Positions 56,839 to 64,000 of a stretch of 64,000 bases of DNA are shown piece after piece. The stretch is from Antedon mediterranea (lineage: Eukaryota; Animalia; Echinodermata), in the NCBI RefSeq assembly GCF_964355755.1, contig NC_092674.1:3720001-3784000 (forward strand). The letters are read 5' to 3'. Made by a program: the position numbers and the translations under genes. Under the pieces are notes generated by a model. The model worked only from the letters and a program-made list of their open reading frames with translations, ran no database searches and was not told where the DNA came from. Each line of letters starts with the position of its first letter. Position 1 is the first letter of the stretch.

Positions 56839-58814
56839 TAAACATTTCTTAAAGGGAGGCCTTAAGATATTCATTTTAAGCTGGGTGACCATTACAAGTA
56901 CTCAACTACTACAACATATAAACATTTTAGGTCTGAATAAGCCTACTGCATGAAAAGATGGTATAGAGTAAAAATTCTTAATAATTTTGAATAATATCAC
57001 TAACTGTTGTGATAATATGCTGTAAATAAATAGTATGATTATTGTTAGGAACAATGTGTCATGTTTTGTTTTTTAGTCTATTATATAAGTATATCCTATT
57101 TATGGTCAATGCTCTCCAAGAATAAAACTATGTGGTGGTACATGCATTAACATTTGGTAGATGCGACAACATACAAATATACTACAAATCATTTTTTAGA
57201 AAATTCTACTTTTATTAATTCAATTTTAACCATATAAAAATTAGAAAACTATGTCTAAATATAAGTGAAAATTACATTGCATTTATAAATTTAATGTAAA
57301 AATAAAAGACAGACATTGAAAAAATTCTAAATCGATAAATTATTTTTTTATAGATTTGTATTACTTTCTGTAGCTGGAACTAGAATTCTAATAAATTAAT
57401 TATCCATCACCTTATAACGCATAAATGTATTGCTAATATGTTTTACCCTAAACTGTACTTCTATATATATAATACCCTTTTTAGATCTTCTATATCTCCT
57501 TTTTCTACAGTGTATATATTTTACTGTTAGTTGGTCTGTTAAAAATCTTCACACACATACCAATTTTTTTTCGTTTAAATAGTGCAACCATGCTTTTATT
57601 TGGTCATATAATTTTAAAATATCTTGATCCCACTAAAAAATATATTCTTGTCAATGCCAATGACCACGAAGGTCAGGTATGTTACCCGTATTTGGGAAGA
57701 CATACCATGTGACACATGTACCATAACATCTGTTTTCCAGAAAAGTTCAGTTTTTGATCTTTCGATAACAACAGAAATGCCAGTTCTTAAAAACATAGAA
57801 GGTTAAAGAAAGACAATCTAACAACAGGATGCTGAGCTCCAGGAGATCAAAGGGTTTAACTGTGGTTGTGAAACATCACTTCCACACCCCTTATAACAGA
57901 CACTGCACTCGCGGAGAATATGTACATAGTACAGTACAGTTGGTATTTGTCGCAGCCAGACATAAGATCAAAGGGCTGTTAAAGTTTTTCTCCCCTTATA
58001 ACAGACGCTGCGCGCATGGAGATGTACATAGTATTAATACAAAATTAATTACACGAAATAAATTAAATATATTAGTTTACACCCGATATTCAAGGTAATT
58101 CATAAGTTTGAAATATTATTTTTTCATAATTGCTATGGAAAGAAGTTTAAAAACTAATACATTATTATTTCTTTGTATGAAATTAATACAAATTTATAAT
58201 ATAAATTTACAATATTTGAAAATAAAATTGGTTGTATATTAATATTCACATAATATATGAAGTCTGAAAAGATTTTAATTTAATTGAAAAAAAATATAAA
58301 TGTTATATATTATTTTACGCCATACTATAAAATTTTAATTAAATATATCTCAAATATTAAGCATGTAATTTAAAGAAGTATCTTGGTTTAAAAGGTAGTA
58401 CAAGATAGAATTTATATTTTTTTTAGCTCTATTTGTATATAGCTATGACATGCCATGCATGCCAAAATGTTTCCTTTTTAAAGAATCTTAAGCCAAATCT
58501 CCAATCACTTAACAAGACACTAGTACGTTTGACCACATCGTCTCATCCTGAATATGTTACACCAGGACTTTTACAAGATCTAGTCAGGACTGCCCTGTTC
58601 CACCTCTGCGCTCCTCGTTAGCTAATATTGAAACCAGAGGGGTCTGTAGGGTTCGAAAGACACACCCCGCTCCCACACATCACATTTATTTGTCGCATAA
58701 AATTGGATAGTGTAGACATGATATTTTTTTGCCCAATTCTACATATCCAGCATGCAAATATGCTATATGCTCTTGCAGAACCCCACCCTGCAAAAATCCT
58801 GGCAATGGGCTCGC

Positions 58815-61800
58815 CTACAATGATGATTCAAACACATCAGGGCCATGTGAAAACGCAACATCATCTTCATTATCTATCATAAGAGCCGTGGTTTCACTAG
58901 TACCATTTATCTCTGGCCGGTCAACTTCAGGACCATTCAACTTTGCACTGTCTGTTTCTTCTGTGACTTTCGGAGGAAATTGGATTACGATTCCTTCTTC
59001 CTCGTTGTCGGAAGGCTCTTCAACTGCGGACTGTCTGTTCATTGAACCGTGACGTTTTCTCATCGCTAGATGGTGACATTTCTTCTCTCGCATTTGGAAT
59101 GACAAATCACGTTTGTCGTCGTCCTTCAGATTCTTGTCATAAGGCATATGCATCTACAAAAAAAAACCGTTTGATTTCAAATGTTTAATAAGATTATTGT
59201 TTTATTGAATTAATGTAGAGGTTGATGTTATAAACAATAATTATTGTTGTACATTAAATTACCGAAACTGATGGGTTATTCCGCCAAAGTCTACGCAGGT
59301 CAGCTGTTGAGAAATTTCCTTTGAGTGGTCGATATGCCTCATAATGTTTCGGTTCACGATCTGAAATATAATTTGTAAATAAATCTAGAATAAAAATTAC
59401 CGTATATAATATAACATTTCTTTCAGTTATAAATGTATCCTATCTACTAATTTTCCAATGTATAATTACTAAAATAAAAACTATTACTCCATCTAAAGCT
59501 CTGTCTACACTATCAAACTTTTTGTGACAAATAAGTGTGATGTCTACAATGCTAGTGGTATGCCTAAATATGGTAGTGATATGACATCATCATGTCCATA
59601 TATGGGCACATCACATTTTGTTGTCGCATAAAGTTTGATGGTGTAGGTAATGCTTTACTATCACTACTACTACTACTTCTGACTGCATTCTTTTACCTAG
59701 TTGCCCAACATCAACAGATATCGCTCGATCCAAAGTGCATACTCTTGGAATCAGTTTTGGATCTTCTACACATGGTGCCTTTGCGATGTCAAAAATATGC
59801 TCTCTGTGATCTCTGTGTAAACAAAAATGTACAATATTATTGGTAATACCATTTGTTATAAGTGTTATAAAAAATATATATCTAAATCCTTGTTTACACT
59901 ACCAAACTTTTATGTGACTTTTTTTGTAATGTCATGTTATTGAAAACACCTAACATAATACTGTAACATACATGTCTGAACAACACCCCTGGATGACTTG
60001 TTTTGACATATTCTTGTCTGGCTGACTGCCCTGGATGGTGTTTACCTGCGTATAGTTGGGACCCAGACAGTGGCTTGTTACTAAGGTAATAGTCTAGTAT
60101 AATAATTGTTAAACACTCTCACTTTGACTCTCACTCAGGAGAAACTGCAGAGAAAGAACCAGGAGATAGACAATAAATACCAGATCACTTATGATTGTCT
60201 AATGTTATTATTAATACTAATAGTCTGCAGAGTACAATAACATCTAATCATAACAGTAAAACTAATTTAATAGTGTAGACAGAGCTTAACATTGTCATGT
60301 CAATATATCTACTATCAATATTTTTACCAGTCTCAATGACTGCTGGCTGTACACTTACTTAAGTACCACTTGCTCAAAAATTGCCTTCATGTGGATATCT
60401 CTTGTCTCTGGATCTCGCTGAAGCCATTTCTTCAAGTATTTATCATCATAATATTCCAATTTCAACTATAAAGCAATCAAATCCATTTAATCCTCTGGTT
60501 AAAAACATTTGGACCAGAATATACATTTACATATTTTACTAATTTTAGATTGTAAATCAAAACTACAAGTCAGATCTTTACCAAATTCAAACCACTGATA
60601 AATAGTAAAGTGTCCTAACTACTCAGACATTGATTATACTTTGGTTTACTTACTCTTAAATAATTACCACCCTTTTGTCCAGCAATCTCTTCTATACCAG
60701 CCATCATGTAATCAATAACCTGAAACAAAACAAAAAATTATGTCAAATAAATAAAATATATTTAAAATCCGTCTGGGTGTTTTTCGTTAACCGCTCTAAT
60801 GGTGGCACTGTATAGTGAAATGTTATTATATTTACCAGTATTTAAAATCATAATATATTTTAATCTGTACTTAATCAGTTTTATCTTTGAAAAGATTGGA
60901 AAAAAAAACATTTGTTGTTAATGTTATATTTTAATTTGTGTATGTTTGAAGGTTCCCACCTTGTCAGTGATTTTGTTCACCTTTTTTTCTCTTTCTCATG
61001 TTTCTCTGTTATTTTATTTTTGTACCTTTTTACTGTTCTTCTTTTTTTTTTTGACAAAATAAATGAAATGAACAAGTCATCATATTAGACCAATTATGAA
61101 AGACACTTACTGTCGTATTAACCTCTTCATTCATTGTAGGTTTTTTGGTTTCTTCTTTTTGTATTTTAAATGCGTTCACTAGAGGTTTAACTGTGGTTCC
61201 CTAAAAGTTGAAAGTTTGTACATATAAAATGTTAACAGCGATGGTATTTTCACCACATCTTGAATGCTAATCAATTATAATAAGGCCTAACAAAATTCAT
61301 AAGTTGACTCTCTTATAATAAAGATTATAATTTTAATTAACTTACTTGAACAAAGACGGTGAAAAAGACAACAACTAATGTACATGTAGTAAATAAACGA
61401 TCTAAATCTTCATTTCCGGTTTTGAGTTGAATGACAAGAGCATAGGCCACAGCTCCACGTAACCCACCATAGGCCTACAATAAAAAGAAGAGCACAATTA
61501 TTAACCCACCATAGGCCTACAAGGACAGCAGAGTACAATTAACCCACCATAGGACTACAAGGACAGCAGAGTACAATTAACCAGGGAAGTGATTTCACTC
61601 TTCCCTGAATTAACCCACCATAGGCCTATAAGGACAGCAGCAGAGTACAATTAACCAGGGAAGTGATTTCACTCTTCCCTGAATTAACCCACCATAGGCC
61701 TATAAGGACAGCAGCAGAGTACAATTAACCAGGGAAGTGATTTCACTCTTCCCTGAATTAACCCACCATAGGCCTATAAGGACAGCATCAGAGTACAATT

Positions 61801-64000
61801 AACCAGGGAAGTGATTTCACTCTTCCCTGAATTAACCCACCATAGGCCTATAAGGACAGCAGCAGAGTACAACTGACCAGGGAAGTGATTTCACTCTTCC
61901 CTGAATTAACCCACCATAGGCCTATAAGGACAGCAGCAGAGTACTATTAACCCACCATTGGCCTATAAGGACAGCTGAGCAGAGTACAATTAACCCACCA
62001 TAGGCCTACAAGGACAGCAGCAGAGTACAATTAACCCACCATAGGCCTACAAGGACAGCAGCAGAGTACAATTAACCCACAATTGGCCTACAAGGACAGC
62101 ATCAGAGTACAATTAACCCACCATAGGCCTATAAGGACAGCAGCAGAGTACAATTAACCCACCATAGGCCTGTAAGGACAGCAGCAGAGTACAATTAATC
62201 CACCATAGGCCTACAAGGACAGCAGCAGAGTACAATTAACCCACCATAGGCCTGTAAGGACAGCAGCAGAGTACAATTAACCCACCATAGGCCTGTAAGG
62301 ACAGCAGCAGAGTACAATTAACCCACCATTGGCCTACAAGGGCAGCAGAGTACATTACCCCACCATAGCTAGGCCTACAATAAAAACCGGAGGAAAATTA
62401 ACCCACCAGAGGCAAATTAACCCACCAGAGGCCTACAGAGAAGGCAGAGTACAATAATACATTCTCTGCTCTTTGGTTTCGACCCATAGTCAGAAAAATA
62501 TTCTCAAAGTAAAATAGTTGTTATTAAAAAGGACAAAATTAGACATACCATAATGAACTGTTCTAGAGCACCAATTTTGTAAACACGATTACAGTTGGCA
62601 ATCCTTGTCAAAAGTGAAACACCTAGAAATTTACCAATATTTTGTGTTAGGTTTCAAAATTTTAATGCCATATTTATTCGAAAAAACGCTCCGCTTTGAA
62701 TAAACGCTTTCCCCAAATAAATACACTCCATAGAACATCATTTTTAATAAATGCCCCCCTCAAATAAAATTGTGCCATTTTTCGACAATGAAATATGAGA
62801 AAAACTTATAGTATGTTGCTTAAGAATTTTGAAGTAATGGTCTTGTGTTCTATGTTCCTTATTACTTACTAAAAAACCTGTATATGAAGCAGAAGACGAG
62901 AGTCAAGAACATGAAGCCATGATCCCACAGCATGTCATGGATCCACAACGTCTGGCCTAAGCTAAAGAAGATTATCGATTCACTCGTCATTCTGTGGAGA
63001 AAACATCAATACTTTATACAAGAAATAGGAATCTGAATAAAAAATGTTTTGCCCAAGCACCATTGCTTTAGATCTTCCACTCCGTCAGTAACATAACCGT
63101 TTTTTATTATTATTATTTTATTAGAGATAGTCAACTTGTACTTACGCCAAAACCTTTATGAAATATGTCACGGTTATATTTGATTTCCGAGAAATATTGG
63201 CAAAAGCATATTCACACTGAGTGAGACCACACCCAATAATTCTATAAAAAAATTATTATTCTTATTATATTATATTCTTTTTAAATATACTAAAAGCATT
63301 ATGCGATCTTTGCTGCAAAATTACAAAAATCATGATCACATTTTCAAACTAGGTTAAAAATTAATAATAATAAATAATTTTAGATATGAAAAAAAACAAT
63401 AATTTTTGTAGATTAGAAATAAATTTATTTCAAATATCATTCATCATTAATATACAATAACGATCAGTTTTTTCCGGGAGAAGAAATTTGGTAATGTATG
63501 TGCCGGATAAATGAAATGATTACAACACAATTTATTAACAAACCCTATTATGCCTGACCAATGAAATAACTCTGCTAAAATATATGACAAGTAAGCCATG
63601 CCAATGATAGCCAACGGTTCCACAACTGAAAATAAAACACAATGTATTAACAAACCCTATTATGCCTGACCAATGAAATAACTCTGCTAAAATATACGAC
63701 AAGTATAAAGATTCTATTTATTTATAATCTAAAGCTCTGTCTACACTATCAAACTTAAAATGTGATGTGCCCATATGTGGATATGATGATGTCATATCAC
63801 TACCATATTTGGGCATATCACTACCATATATTTGGACACATCACACTTTTTTGTCAAACTAGTTTGATAGTGTAGACAGAGCTCAACTATGATTAACTAT
63901 AATTCAAAATATTATCATACCTCGTACATGTTTAGTGAACTTTGTCATGAAAGCTGACAACATACCAACAATAATACCAATCACCAGGCCACCAATACTA
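58815..64000 (-). CDS. SLC9A: Sodium/hydrogen exchanger (SLC9A/NHE, plasma-membrane NHE1-5-like), 3' part; gene continues beyond the window
   Basis: Exons >64000-63921, 63625-63544, 63241-63146, 62991-62870, 62622-62549, 61474-61346, 61200-61111, 60719-60654, 60465-60359, 59812-59697, 59360-59263, 59153-58815 in consistent phase; motifs VEPL...YLSYILAELFHWSGI, NISRKS, SESIIF, AYGGLRGAVAYAL, FTVFVQGTTVKPLV, MAGIEEIAG. Confidence 0.93.
61497..62455. repeat. Intronic minisatellite, 41-bp unit AATTAACCCACCATAGGCCTACAAGGACAGCAGCAGAGTAC (about 20 units; five extended to 74 bp by a hairpin insert)
   Basis: Directly visible; the unit contains the adjacent exon's acceptor and first 15 nt. Confidence 0.95.
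63733..63883. mobile_element. PIF/Harbinger MITE family A, full copy
   Basis: Same TIRs as 10442-10598. Confidence 0.85.

Noticed and set aside
61497-62455. CRISPR-like array (palindromic repeat at regular spacing)
   Set aside because: Intervening sequences are identical rather than unique spacers, no cas genes, lies in a eukaryotic intron.

Overview
AT-rich eukaryotic (animal, probably marine invertebrate; echinoderm-like is only an impression) genomic DNA with spliceosomal GT-AG introns and dense non-autonomous transposons. Genes reconstructed exon by exon: five tandem arylacetamide deacetylase/NCEH1-like (HSL-family) esterases on + (21.9-41.8 kb; copy 2 frameshifted, copy 3 apparently chimeric), a divergent BOK-like Bcl-2 gene (-), mitochondrial glutamyl-tRNA synthetase EARS2 (-, 15 coding exons) head-to-head with DNAJC19/TIM14 (+), and the 3' part of an SLC9A Na+/H+ exchanger (-) running off the right edge. 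The first 21 kb is mostly repeats: three nested or tandem Helitron2/Helentron-like units, two minisatellites, a possible unidentified spliced minus-strand gene, and a 3.4-kb foldback (Sola2-like) element carrying a LINE fragment and two back-to-back tRNA-like Pol III units. Other notable items: a Ginger-like element with about 20 TTGCGCAA palindromes at the EARS2/DNAJC19 promoter, a 5S-derived SINE, a stop-generating CAGTAG acceptor in EARS2, and an intronic minisatellite built from a 3' splice site that contains a 26-bp hairpin insertion with a 7-bp TSD. No prokaryotic systems or CRISPR arrays. Coordinates were read by eye and transposon superfamily calls rest on termini and TSDs only.
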